A stretch of DNA of 64,000 nt from an uncultured Flavobacteriales bacterium (GTDB lineage Bacteria > Bacteroidota > Bacteroidia > Flavobacteriales > BACL11): positions 47,605 to 111,604 of the forward strand of contig CAJQJY010000014.1 in the NCBI GenBank assembly GCA_905478765.1, in the 5' to 3' direction. The notes below the pieces were generated by a model, which was given only the letters and a program-made list of their open reading frames with translations, was not told where the DNA came from and did not search any database. Below, one piece after another: positions 29,787 through 39,313 of this stretch; position 1 is the first letter of the stretch, and each line of letters starts with the position of its first letter. The position numbers and the translations under genes were made by a program.

Positions 29787-32126
29787 ATGGCAAAGAACTT
29801 AGTGATTGTAGAATCACCAGCAAAAAAGAAAATCATTCAAGGATTTTTAGGTAAGGATTTTGTTGTGGAATCCAGTATTGGACATATTAGAGATTTACCG
29901 AAAAAAGGAGGTATGGCTATTGATATAGAGAATGGTTTTGAGCCTAATTATGTAATATCAGAAGATAAAACTAAGGTAGTAAAGCATCTAAGAAGTGTTG
30001 CAAAAAAAGCTGAAACTGTTTGGCTTGCTACTGATGAGGATCGTGAGGGAGAGGCTATTGCATGGCACCTTACTGAGGCACTTAGGCTAGATGCAAGCTC
30101 TACTAAAAGAATTGTTTTTCATGAAATTACTAAAAAAGCAATTACGCATGCAGTTGCAAATCCTAAGTTATTAGACACTAATTTAGTAAATGCACAACAG
30201 GCTAGGCGTGTACTTGATAGATTAGTTGGTTTTGAATTATCTCCTGTACTTTGGAGAAAAGTAAAACAAGGACTTTCTGCAGGGCGTGTACAATCAGTTG
30301 CTGTTCGTTTAATAGTAGAAAGGGAAAATGAGATTACTAACTATACATCTGTATCATCTTATAAAGTTGTTGCTTTTTTCTTAAATATAGATAGTAAAGT
30401 TGTAAAAGCTGAATTGCCTCAAAGATTTAAGTGTAATGAAGATGCTTATTCATTTATGGAGAAATGTAAAGATGCTAATTTTTCAGTTGAATCTTTAGAA
30501 GAAAAGCCAGCTAGAAAATCACCTACAGCACCATTTACTACTTCTACTTTGCAGCAAGAAGCATCAAGAAAACTAGGCTTTTCAGTTTCACAAACAATGA
30601 TGGTTGCTCAAAAATTATATGAAGCAGGTAAAATTACATATATGAGAACTGATAGCGTAAATTTATCTAATGACGCACTTGATGCTGCTGAAAAAGCAAT
30701 TAGTTCGATTTATGGTGATGAATATGCAAAAAGAAGAGCTTATACAGGAAAATCAAAAGGAGCGCAAGAGGCGCATGAGGCGATTCGCCCTTCTTATATG
30801 GAGCAAAAAACTGTTGATGGAGATAGCTCACATCAAAGACTTTATGATTTGATTTGGAAAAGAACAATTTCTTCTCAGATGGCAGATGCTCAATTTGACA
30901 GAACTACTGTAAAAATTAAAATATCAAATACTTCTGAGCAATTTGTTGCTAAAGGTGAGGTGATTACATTTGAAGGATTTATGAAGGTTTATCTGGAAGG
31001 AAAAGATGATGATAATGAAGAGCAAAAAGGAATGTTGCCTAAATTATCAATTGGGGAATTTTTAGGGCTTTCTGAAGCTATTGCTTCTGAGCAATTTTCG
31101 CGCCCTCCTGCTAGGTATGCTGAGGCAAGTTTGGTAAAGAAAATGGAAGAATTAGGGATTGGAAGGCCATCAACTTATGCTGCTACAATTACTACTATTC
31201 AAAAGAGAGGATATATTGAAAAAGAAAGCCGTGATGGTATAGATAGAATTTCTCAAATGATAGAGCTGAAAGATGGAAATCTTAAAGCATTTGAAAAAAC
31301 CTCAATTACTGGAGCTGAGAATAAAAAACTTTTTCCAACAGATGTAGGTATTGTTGTTACTGATTTTTTAGTTGAACATTTTTCTGATGTGATGGAGTAT
31401 ACTTTTACGGCATCAGTAGAAACTGAATTTGATGAAATTGCGGAAGGGAAAAAGGTTTGGAATGAAATGATTGCTTCTTTTTATGGGGGATTTAAAGACA
31501 AAGTTGTTGATGTAATTGGAAATGTTGGAAAAGCATCTGGAGAACGAGAGTTAGGTGTTGATCCAGCAAGTGGAAATAAGATTTTTGCTAGAATTGGGCC
31601 TTTTGGACCTATGGTACAATTAGGAGAAAAGCAAGAAGATGAAGAAGCTTCAAAACCAAAATTTGCCTCACTTTTAAAAGGGCAAACAATTCAAACCATT
31701 ACAATGGATGAGGCTTTGGATTTGTTTAAATTACCTAGAATTGTAGGAGAGTGGGAAGGCAAAGAAGTTGTTGCTTCTGTCGGTAGATTTGGTCCTTATT
31801 TGAGGTATGATGGAAAGTTTACATCTATTAAGAAAGATGATGAGGAAGATCCTTTAACAATTGATTTAGAGCGTTCAATTGAATTGATAAAAATTAAGAT
31901 TCAAGCGGATAAAGACAGATTAATTTCTAATTTTGAAGGAGACCCTTTAATTCAAGTTTTAAATGGAAGATATGGTCCCTTTATTCAGGTGAGTCCTGTA
32001 AAAGTTAAAAAGATAAATGTTAAAATCCCAAAAGGAACAGAGCCAAAAGATTTAACGAGAGAAGATTGCATTTCTCTTTGGGAAAATCAACCAGCTAAAA
32101 AACCTAGAGGTAAAAAGAAAAAATAA
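29787..32126 (+). CDS. topA: DNA topoisomerase I
   Basis: Toprim (LVIVESPAKKK, ATDEDREGEAIAWH), active-site Tyr context ITYMRTDS, Cys-less C-terminal repeats (GRFGPYLRYDGKF, GRYGPFIQV). Confidence 0.92.
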   Translation: MAKNLVIVESPAKKKIIQGFLGKDFVVESSIGHIRDLPKKGGMAIDIENGFEPNYVISEDKTKVVKHLRSVAKKAETVWLATDEDREGEAIAWHLTEALRLDASSTKRIVFHEITKKAITHAVANPKLLDTNLVNAQQARRVLDRLVGFELSPVLWRKVKQGLSAGRVQSVAVRLIVERENEITNYTSVSSYKVVAFFLNIDSKVVKAELPQRFKCNEDAYSFMEKCKDANFSVESLEEKPARKSPTAPFTTSTLQQEASRKLGFSVSQTMMVAQKLYEAGKITYMRTDSVNLSNDALDAAEKAISSIYGDEYAKRRAYTGKSKGAQEAHEAIRPSYMEQKTVDGDSSHQRLYDLIWKRTISSQMADAQFDRTTVKIKISNTSEQFVAKGEVITFEGFMKVYLEGKDDDNEEQKGMLPKLSIGEFLGLSEAIASEQFSRPPARYAEASLVKKMEELGIGRPSTYAATITTIQKRGYIEKESRDGIDRISQMIELKDGNLKAFEKTSITGAENKKLFPTDVGIVVTDFLVEHFSDVMEYTFTASVETEFDEIAEGKKVWNEMIASFYGGFKDKVVDVIGNVGKASGERELGVDPASGNKIFARIGPFGPMVQLGEKQEDEEASKPKFASLLKGQTIQTITMDEALDLFKLPRIVGEWEGKEVVASVGRFGPYLRYDGKFTSIKKDDEEDPLTIDLERSIELIKIKIQADKDRLISNFEGDPLIQVLNGRYGPFIQVSPVKVKKINVKIPKGTEPKDLTREDCISLWENQPAKKPRGKKKK

Positions 32127-33286
32127 TGTTAGAACTCAATTCCTATTTTAATTCTGTAAGCTCAGAATTGTATGCTGATAAGAACAGATGGGAAACTACT
32201 CAAATTGGTAGAGGAATTGACACGCATGTAAATGAAAATTTTCCGAACATTAAATTTGCAGAAATAGCAATTTTTAATGTTCCAGAATATGAAGGTTCTA
32301 AGAACTCACTAAGTGAATATGATTGTAAAGTCAGAACTACTTTTTATTCTTTTCATCATGATAATTTACCAAGAATAGCTGATTTAGGAGTTTTTCAATT
32401 ATTGCCTACTCGTAAAGAGTCCTTCAGTTTAATTCAAAAAGTTTGTAAGGAACTATTGCATCATGGAATTATTCCTGTAATTATTGGTGGAGGACATGAT
32501 GTGAGTTATGCTGTTTATAAAGCTTACGCATCTTTAGATAAGTTCATTACTTTAACAGCTGTGGATAGTAAATTTGATATTGGTTTAGAGGAAGATAATT
32601 TAGCTTCTTTCTCTCACCTAGGCAAGATGATTTCCCATAAACCAAGTCATCTTTTTCATTATGCTAATTTAGCTTATCAGACTTATTTTGTTTCGGGTAT
32701 GGCTATTGAAATGTTACAATCAATGAATTTTGATGTAATAAGACTAGGGGAATTAAAAGCTGATTTTTCAGAAGTAGAGCCTATTATGAGAAACACTGAT
32801 TTTTTAAGTTTTGATATTTCATCAATAAAGCATGCTTATGCTGGTGCAAATGTGTATTCTTCTCCTAATGGGTTGAATGGTGAAGAATCTTGTAAAATCA
32901 TGCGTTATGCTGGAGTAAGCGATAAAATTACTGCTGTTGGGTTATTTGAGTACAATCAAGATTTAGATGCTGATAGTCAAACTGCCTATTTGTTGGCTGA
33001 AATGATTTGGTATTTTATTGATGGTTACAAAATCAGAAAGAATGAACTAAATCCTAACATTAAAAACTGTGTAAAATACACGGTTTCTTTTGATGATGGT
33101 AAGAATGAAATTACTTTTTACAAAAGCAAAAGTAGTGGTAGGTGGTGGATGGGTGTTCCTTTCAAGAAAGAAGGTTTTAAAGAACTTCAATATTTCTATG
33201 TAGCTTCCTCTTATCGTGATTACGAAATAGCTAATCAGGGAGAAGTTCCTGAAAGATGGCTTAAGACCTTAAATAAATTCCTGTAG
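32126..33286 (+). CDS. arginase/formiminoglutamase-fold protein with degenerate metal-binding motifs
   Basis: GGGHD motif present. The expected DAHxD reads DSKFD and the expected DxDxxD reads DISSIK. The start overlaps the topA stop (TAATG). Confidence 0.6.
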   Translation: MLELNSYFNSVSSELYADKNRWETTQIGRGIDTHVNENFPNIKFAEIAIFNVPEYEGSKNSLSEYDCKVRTTFYSFHHDNLPRIADLGVFQLLPTRKESFSLIQKVCKELLHHGIIPVIIGGGHDVSYAVYKAYASLDKFITLTAVDSKFDIGLEEDNLASFSHLGKMISHKPSHLFHYANLAYQTYFVSGMAIEMLQSMNFDVIRLGELKADFSEVEPIMRNTDFLSFDISSIKHAYAGANVYSSPNGLNGEESCKIMRYAGVSDKITAVGLFEYNQDLDADSQTAYLLAEMIWYFIDGYKIRKNELNPNIKNCVKYTVSFDDGKNEITFYKSKSSGRWWMGVPFKKEGFKELQYFYVASSYRDYEIANQGEVPERWLKTLNKFL

Positions 33287-33413
33287 ACAACTCTTTGATT
33301 ATCAATTTATTTCTAGCTAATTATTGCTAAAAATATAAGATGTGTATCTAGTTTTAGTGCAAAGTGTTAAAAAATGTTTATTTTAGCGGAAATTTTTTAT
33401 TGAAAATTACAAT

Positions 33414-34331
33414 ATGAAGAGAATCTTAATTCTAGTTTTAGCTTTCTTATCAGCAGGAATTGTTTCAGCACAGCAAGTGCCACAGTTCAGTCAGAATATG
33501 TTTAATAAACTAGCTAATAATCCAGGTTTCGCTGGTAGTAGAGGTTTAATTGCTACTTCAGTTTTACACAGGTCACAATATATGGGATTTGGAGAAGGAG
33601 GTTCTGCTATTTCTACTCAAAATTTTAGTGTTGATGCTGAAATTCCATTTTTAAATGGGGGTGTAGGATTAAATATTGTAAAAGATGAAGTCGCTCAATT
33701 TAGTAATTTAGGATTGCAAGCTTCTTACGCATACAGAACAGAGTTAGGAATTGGACAGCTTGGTTTAGGTATGTCAGTAGGCATGTATCAAAGTGGTGTT
33801 AATGGGTTAAACTTTAATCCTGCTCAAAGTGGTGACGTTGCAATTCCTATGAATAGTGTATCTGGATCAAAATTAGATTTGGGAGCAGGTGCATATTTCA
33901 ACACTCAGGATGTTTATATTGGCATTTCTTCTGCTCATTTATCACAACCAGTAGTTGAATGGAGTGATGGAAAAAAATATGCATTAAAAAGACATTATTT
34001 CTTAATTGCTGGCTATTATTATGAATTGAACCCAGTTCTTTCTATAAACCCATCTATTTATCTTAAAAACGCTCCAGGAGTTTCACAATTAGATATTAAC
34101 GCTAACCTAATATACAATAACAAGATGTGGGGGGGCGTTAGTTACAGGTTAGATGAAGGTTTAATCTTACTTGCAGGAATGAATATTAATGATGATTTCA
34201 GCTTTGGAATTGGTTATGATGTAACTATGGTAAATCCTTTAGGAAACTCATTTGAAGTTATGCTAGGGTATAACTTTAAAATTAAAGTGAATAATGTAAT
34301 CTCTAAATATAAAAACCCGAGATTCTTATAA
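33414..34331 (+). CDS. type IX secretion system membrane protein PorP/SprF family
   Basis: Signal peptide followed by the QQVPQFSQNMFNKLANNPGFAG pattern characteristic of PorP/SprF. About 300 aa, predicted beta-barrel. Directly upstream of gldK. Confidence 0.75.
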   Translation: MKRILILVLAFLSAGIVSAQQVPQFSQNMFNKLANNPGFAGSRGLIATSVLHRSQYMGFGEGGSAISTQNFSVDAEIPFLNGGVGLNIVKDEVAQFSNLGLQASYAYRTELGIGQLGLGMSVGMYQSGVNGLNFNPAQSGDVAIPMNSVSGSKLDLGAGAYFNTQDVYIGISSAHLSQPVVEWSDGKKYALKRHYFLIAGYYYELNPVLSINPSIYLKNAPGVSQLDINANLIYNNKMWGGVSYRLDEGLILLAGMNINDDFSFGIGYDVTMVNPLGNSFEVMLGYNFKIKVNNVISKYKNPRFL

Positions 34332-34366
34332 AACAGATTTTAACTCGCTTAGGTGATAAAATAAAA

Positions 34367-35677
34367 ATGAATATGAAAAAAATAATATTATTAAGTTCAA
34401 TAGTTGCTCTTCTAAGTGCCTGTGGAGGTTCTGGAAATGGAGAGTTAATTGGAGTGCAAAACAGGGCAATCTGGAATCCTACTGATCCTTATGGAATGGT
34501 GTTTATTCCACAAGGAAGTTTTAATATGGGGCCTTCTGATCAGGATGTTCCTTTTGCGAATGTCTCTCAAGCTAAAACAGTTTCTGTTGGTGCTTTTTAT
34601 ATGGATGAGACAGAAATCACAAATAATGAATACCGTCAATTTACATCTTGGGTAAGAGATTCTTTAGCTCATATTATATTGGGTGAAGCTGGAATTGAAG
34701 GTCATTTAATTGAAGAAGATAAGTTTGGTAACTTCTTAGATCCTGCAAGAATTAATTGGAGTACAAGAATCAATTGGGATGATCAAGAGGTTAGAGAAAT
34801 TCTTGAAGAAGAAATGTATTTGCCTGAACATGAGAGGTTAAATTCAAGAAGAGAGTTTGATACAAGAAAGTATATTTATAAATATCAAGTTTTAGACATC
34901 AGTGCTGCTGCAGTAAAAAGTAAAAGAGAAGGTGATGCTACGGGAAAAAGAGATAGAAGTGAGTTTTTATCTACTGTTGAGTTGAATATTTTCCCTGACA
35001 CTCTAACTTGGACACATGACTATTCTTATTCATTTAATGACCCTTACACTAAAAGTTATTTCTTTCACCCGGCTTTTGATGATTATCCTGTGGTTGGTGT
35101 AAATTGGAAGCAAGCAACTGCTTTTTCTAATTGGAGAACTAAAATGATGAATTCATTCTTAAGAAAAATTAAACAACCAACATTGCCAGAATTCAGGCTA
35201 CCTACTGAATCTGAATGGGAATATGCATCAAGAGGAGGTTTAGATGCATCTCCTTATCCTTGGGGAGGGCCTTATACTCGTAATATTAAAGGTTGTTTCT
35301 TAGCAAACTTTAAACCATTAAGAGGTAACTATGTTGCTGATGGAGGGTTAAAAACAATTAAAACAGCATCTTATAATCCAAATGGATATGGACTTTATGA
35401 TATGTCAGGAAATGTTTCTGAATGGACTTCAAATGCTTATGATGAGTCTGCTTTCTCTTATTCTCATGATATGAATATGGATCGTCATTATAATGCTGAA
35501 GAAGATGATCATGCAGTATTAAAGAGAAAATCAATTAGAGGAGGTTCTTGGAAAGATATTGCGTACTTTATACAAAATGGAACAAGAACTTTTGAATACC
35601 AAGATACTGCCAAATCTTATGTAGGATTTAGAAATGTAGTTGACTTCTTAGGTAGAGATAAAGAAGATTTTCAATAA
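34367..35677 (+). CDS. gldK: T9SS/gliding motility lipoprotein GldK (PorK)
   Basis: Lipobox LLSACGG and a formylglycine-generating-enzyme/sulfatase-modifying-factor-like domain (RGGSWKD, GFR). Heads the gldKLMN series. Confidence 0.85.
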   Translation: MNMKKIILLSSIVALLSACGGSGNGELIGVQNRAIWNPTDPYGMVFIPQGSFNMGPSDQDVPFANVSQAKTVSVGAFYMDETEITNNEYRQFTSWVRDSLAHIILGEAGIEGHLIEEDKFGNFLDPARINWSTRINWDDQEVREILEEEMYLPEHERLNSRREFDTRKYIYKYQVLDISAAAVKSKREGDATGKRDRSEFLSTVELNIFPDTLTWTHDYSYSFNDPYTKSYFFHPAFDDYPVVGVNWKQATAFSNWRTKMMNSFLRKIKQPTLPEFRLPTESEWEYASRGGLDASPYPWGGPYTRNIKGCFLANFKPLRGNYVADGGLKTIKTASYNPNGYGLYDMSGNVSEWTSNAYDESAFSYSHDMNMDRHYNAEEDDHAVLKRKSIRGGSWKDIAYFIQNGTRTFEYQDTAKSYVGFRNVVDFLGRDKEDFQ

Positions 35678-35715
35678 AAATAAAATTTAAAACTAACAAT
35701 TTAATAAAACAAAAA

Positions 35716-36363
35716 ATGGGATTAGGAAATATTACAGATGCGACATGGTACAAAACAATGATGCCAAAATTATATGGATGGGGAGCTGCACTAGTAATTA
35801 TTGGTGCGTTATTTAAAATTGAACACTTACCTGGGGCCTCAATCATGCTTATACTTGGTTTAGGTACTGAAGCTATTATTTTCTTCTTCTCTGCATTTGA
35901 AAAACAGCCTGAGGAAACAGATTGGTCATTAGTTTATCCTGAGTTAGCTGGTATGAATGATCCTAATGCAGCTAAAAGACCAGCTCAACAATTAGATGAT
36001 GCGTTAGCGAAAGCTAAAATAGATAATGAGTTAGTGGAAAGCTTAAATGAAGGTTTAAGATCATTTGGAGAATCTGCAAAGGCTTTAAATGAAACTGTTT
36101 CTGCCGCTTCTGGTATCTCAGAGTATAATTCTCAAATTCAGGAAGGAGTTCAAAATATGAATGCTTTAAATTCACTATACGAGTTACAGTTACAAACTTC
36201 TAATCAACAAATGGAAGCAACTACTTTATTCTTGCAAAACTTACAATCTTCTGTTGAGGACTCTAAGAAATTCCAAGAACAAGTTAGTAGCTTAGCTGAA
36301 AACTTAGAGCAACTGAATAAAGTGTATGGAAATATGCTTACTGCTATGAATCCAAATAAATAA
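35716..36363 (+). CDS. gldL: T9SS/gliding motility protein GldL (PorL)
   Basis: 215 aa, two N-terminal TM helices (GWGAALVIIGALFKIEHLPGA...) plus a cytoplasmic coiled region. Position between gldK and gldM. Confidence 0.8.
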   Translation: MGLGNITDATWYKTMMPKLYGWGAALVIIGALFKIEHLPGASIMLILGLGTEAIIFFFSAFEKQPEETDWSLVYPELAGMNDPNAAKRPAQQLDDALAKAKIDNELVESLNEGLRSFGESAKALNETVSAASGISEYNSQIQEGVQNMNALNSLYELQLQTSNQQMEATTLFLQNLQSSVEDSKKFQEQVSSLAENLEQLNKVYGNMLTAMNPNK

Positions 36364-36397
36364 TCATCAATAATTATTAATTAATAAATAAAATTAT

Positions 36398-38119
36398 ATG
36401 GCTGGAGGAAAAGTGTCCCCAAGACAGAAGATGATTAATATGATGTATTTAGTGCTTACGGCACTGCTTGCTTTAAATGTATCTAAAGAGGTTTTAAATT
36501 CATTTTTTGAAGTAAATTTAGGTATTGAGAGATCTACAAATAACTTTAATGCTAAGAATGGAGATACTTATGCCGCATTTGATGCTGCTGCTGAATTAAA
36601 TAAAGTTAAAGCAGGCGCTTTTAGAGATCAAGCTTATGAAGTAAAAGCTAATGCTGATAAACTTGTTGAGTTTATCCAAGAGATGAAGTATAATTTAGTT
36701 TTATCAGCTGACAATGAAGTATATTTGGGTTCTCAGTCTGAATTGAAAGACGAGGATGGAGATCTTTTAGAAGATAAAGCTAAAACAACACCCTGGAATG
36801 AGTTGTCTCAAGCTGAAAAGAAAATGACAATTGGTAATTTATCTGTTAAAGATGATAGGCATGCTGCAGGTGATTTATTTTATAGTGCAAAAAGAAAAGA
36901 TAATATTGCGACAGATTTAAAGAATGAATTGATTTCTTACAAAAATTCACTTCTATCTCTTTCTGAAGGAAACGAATCTCTTATTAAATCAATTAATGAG
37001 ACTTGTAATTATGATGACAAGAAAGTAAAAGGGAAAAAACAGTTATGGGAAGAATATAATTTTTATGATATGCCTTCAGTTGGAGCGTTAACATTGCTTT
37101 CAAAAATGCAATCTGATGTAAGAAATACTGAGGCTGATGTCATTACTATGTTAAGAGAAAATATTGATGCGACTTCATTAAAATTTACTACTGCTGAGGG
37201 GATTCAGATACCACAATCTAATTTTGTGTTAAGAGGAGATTCTTTTAGAGCTCAAATTTTTATTTCTGCTAAAGATACTACTCAAGATCCAATGATTTAT
37301 GTTGGTGAGTATGATAGTATAGGAAATGGGAATTACCAAATGAAAGGAACTGAAGGTGTAGATTATAATTCAGTAAAAGTTGTAAATGGAAAAGGTATTT
37401 TTTCAGAGAGAGCTAGCTCTGAAGGTATGAAAAAGTGGGGAGGTTTAATTGCTATGAAAACTGCTAGTGGGACTAAAATGTACCCATTCAATGGCGAATA
37501 TTTAGTTGCTGCTAAAACTGCTGTTGTTTCTCCAACAAATATGAATATACTTTATCTTGAGGTTGATAATCCATTAAAGATATCAGTTCCTGGTTATACT
37601 GCAGGAGAAATTTCTGCTGTAATTAGTAATGGTAAAGTTGCTGCTACAAAACGATCTTTAGGAGAATACTCAGCTAGACCATCTAAAAAAGGAAAGGCAA
37701 TTGTTAGTTTGTTCGCTAATGTTGAAGGAAAAAGGACTAAGATGGGACAAATGGAATTTAGAGTTAAAGAGGTGCCGCCACCAAAAGCTAAAGTGCAATT
37801 TGCAATTTCAGCAAATGGAGTTTTAGTTATTGATAAGATGAAAATGGTAAATGCTGGTGGTTTAGGGGCTGAACTAAAAGACTTTGATTTTAAAGGAGTA
37901 AGGTATGTTATTACTTCTTATAGATTATCAGGAGTGTATAAAGGTGAACAAATGAAGGAGGATACAAAAGGACCTCAATTTACAACTAAGATGATTAATA
38001 TCATTAAAAACACAAAATCAGGAAATGCAATAACAATTTCTAACATTAAGGCAAAAAGAGTAGATGCAAAAAATACTGCTGTCAGAGTTCTTGATCCTTT
38101 AGTGATAGAAATAAAATAA
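36398..38119 (+). CDS. gldM: T9SS/gliding motility protein GldM (PorM)
   Basis: N-terminus MAGGKVSPRQKMINMMYLVLTALLALNVS matches the conserved GldM start. Single TM plus a long periplasmic region. Confidence 0.85.
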   Translation: MAGGKVSPRQKMINMMYLVLTALLALNVSKEVLNSFFEVNLGIERSTNNFNAKNGDTYAAFDAAAELNKVKAGAFRDQAYEVKANADKLVEFIQEMKYNLVLSADNEVYLGSQSELKDEDGDLLEDKAKTTPWNELSQAEKKMTIGNLSVKDDRHAAGDLFYSAKRKDNIATDLKNELISYKNSLLSLSEGNESLIKSINETCNYDDKKVKGKKQLWEEYNFYDMPSVGALTLLSKMQSDVRNTEADVITMLRENIDATSLKFTTAEGIQIPQSNFVLRGDSFRAQIFISAKDTTQDPMIYVGEYDSIGNGNYQMKGTEGVDYNSVKVVNGKGIFSERASSEGMKKWGGLIAMKTASGTKMYPFNGEYLVAAKTAVVSPTNMNILYLEVDNPLKISVPGYTAGEISAVISNGKVAATKRSLGEYSARPSKKGKAIVSLFANVEGKRTKMGQMEFRVKEVPPPKAKVQFAISANGVLVIDKMKMVNAGGLGAELKDFDFKGVRYVITSYRLSGVYKGEQMKEDTKGPQFTTKMINIIKNTKSGNAITISNIKAKRVDAKNTAVRVLDPLVIEIK

Positions 38120-38127
38120 AAATAATT

Positions 38128-39030
38128 ATGAAAAAAGTAATCTTATTAGTTGCAACTATCTTTACTTATGTGGGGGTAAATGCACAAGATGTTTTAACAA
38201 CTGAACAAATGAATTCGGTTTATAAAAAAGAAAAACATCATGAAAAGAAAGTACAACATTATGCTCCATTAAGACAAGCTGATGTCATGTGGTCTCGAAA
38301 AGTTTGGAGAGAGATTGATTTAAGACAAAAAATAAATCACCCTTTTTATTACCCAGAAAACAATGGTATTGTTGGTGCTGCTGTTACTGGAGATAGAAAA
38401 AGTTTAATTGATGTTGTATACTCTGCTATAAAAGAAGGAAGTATTACTGCTTATGGTAATGCAGTATATGATGATGAGATGCGCGTGCCTATGACTCAAC
38501 AAGAAATTAATTCTGTTGGAGGAGCAAAAGAGGAAATTATTGAAGTTACTGATTGGGATGCCGTTGCTTTAGGTGCTGATCCTGAAGATGCAAAAACTAC
38601 TAAAACTAATATTGTCCCATTCAACAGAAATACAGTTAAAAAATGGAGATTGAAAGAAGAATGGTTTTTTGATAAACAAAGATCTGTAATGGATGTTCGT
38701 ATTCTTGCTATTGCCCCATTACAGGAAGATAAAGATGAGGTTAATGGCCAATTATTAGGTACGTTTTCACCATTATTTTGGGTATATTTTCCTGAAGCTA
38801 GAGAAATTCTTATTAATGCTGAAGTATTTAATTTAGTTAAAAATGATGCTGAAAGAAGAACATATGATGATATTTTTTGGAAAAGAATGTTTTCTTCTAC
38901 TATTACAAAAGAGGCGAATGTAATGGATAGAAAGATTAATGAATATATGGTTGGGCTTGATGCTTTGTTAGAAGCTCAAAGAATTAAGACAGAAATCTTT
39001 AATATGGAGCATGACCTTTGGGAGTATTAA
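38128..39030 (+). CDS. gldN: T9SS/gliding motility protein GldN (PorN)
   Basis: 300 aa with a signal peptide. Last gene of the gldKLMN block. The conserved WRLKEEWFFDKQRS segment is typical of GldN as I recall it. Confidence 0.8.
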   Translation: MKKVILLVATIFTYVGVNAQDVLTTEQMNSVYKKEKHHEKKVQHYAPLRQADVMWSRKVWREIDLRQKINHPFYYPENNGIVGAAVTGDRKSLIDVVYSAIKEGSITAYGNAVYDDEMRVPMTQQEINSVGGAKEEIIEVTDWDAVALGADPEDAKTTKTNIVPFNRNTVKKWRLKEEWFFDKQRSVMDVRILAIAPLQEDKDEVNGQLLGTFSPLFWVYFPEAREILINAEVFNLVKNDAERRTYDDIFWKRMFSSTITKEANVMDRKINEYMVGLDALLEAQRIKTEIFNMEHDLWEY

Positions 39031-39051
39031 GTTTGATTTTTTAAAATAATT

Positions 39052-39074
39052 AAAGCCCCATTTGGGGCTTTTTT
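39052..39074 (+). terminator. rho-independent terminator after gldN
   Basis: AAAGCCCC-ATTT-GGGGCTTT perfect 8-bp stem followed by a T-run, 22 nt after the gldN stop. Confidence 0.85.
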
Positions 39075-39229
39075 ACTTTAATCGAAAAACAAGAGAAAAT
39101 ATAAATTATTTTTTTAGGTTTCTTAGTTATCCCTTTACTTTTGCTTATTTTGAGTTTTATCAGTAATATGTTTTTGATATTTATTCTACAAGAATTTCTG
39201 AGTTAATTAATTCTCTTGCTGATTTTAAG

Positions 39230-39259
39230 TTGTTAACAAAAGGAAAACTTGTACTTTTG
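39230..39259 (+). promoter_or_regulatory. candidate sigma-A promoter of the polysaccharide locus (TTG-N19-TACTTTTG)
   Basis: TTG at 39230-39232 and TACTTTTG at 39252-39259, 54 nt upstream of the first locus gene. Matches the Bacteroidota -33/-7 consensus. Confidence 0.45.
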
Positions 39260-39313
39260 TAACCTAAGGGGGTTTACGAAAAATCTTCATGGAAATTGTA
39301 AAAAACATAAAAA

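Noticed and set aside
29669-29854. 61-aa plus-strand ORF spanning the miaB/topA spacer and overlapping the topA start out of frame.
   Set aside because: The composition is AT-rich spacer translated by chance, and it overlaps the well-supported topA start at 29787.
39168-39206. 12-codon mini-ORF (MFLIFILQEFLS), and a 19-codon ORF at 39289 overlapping the Wzz-like start, as possible independent small genes.
   Set aside because: They are too short, and their composition is indistinguishable from AT-rich spacer. They are kept only as part of the leader-region observation, not as features.
39114-39267. 7-bp inverted repeat TTAGGTT (39114-39120) / AACCTAA (39261-39267) flanking both TACTTTTG boxes, which is reminiscent of invertible capsule promoters in Bacteroides.
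   Set aside because: The repeat is only 7 bp and does not extend on either side. Matches of this length are expected by chance in a 240-bp AT-rich region, and there is no recombinase gene nearby.
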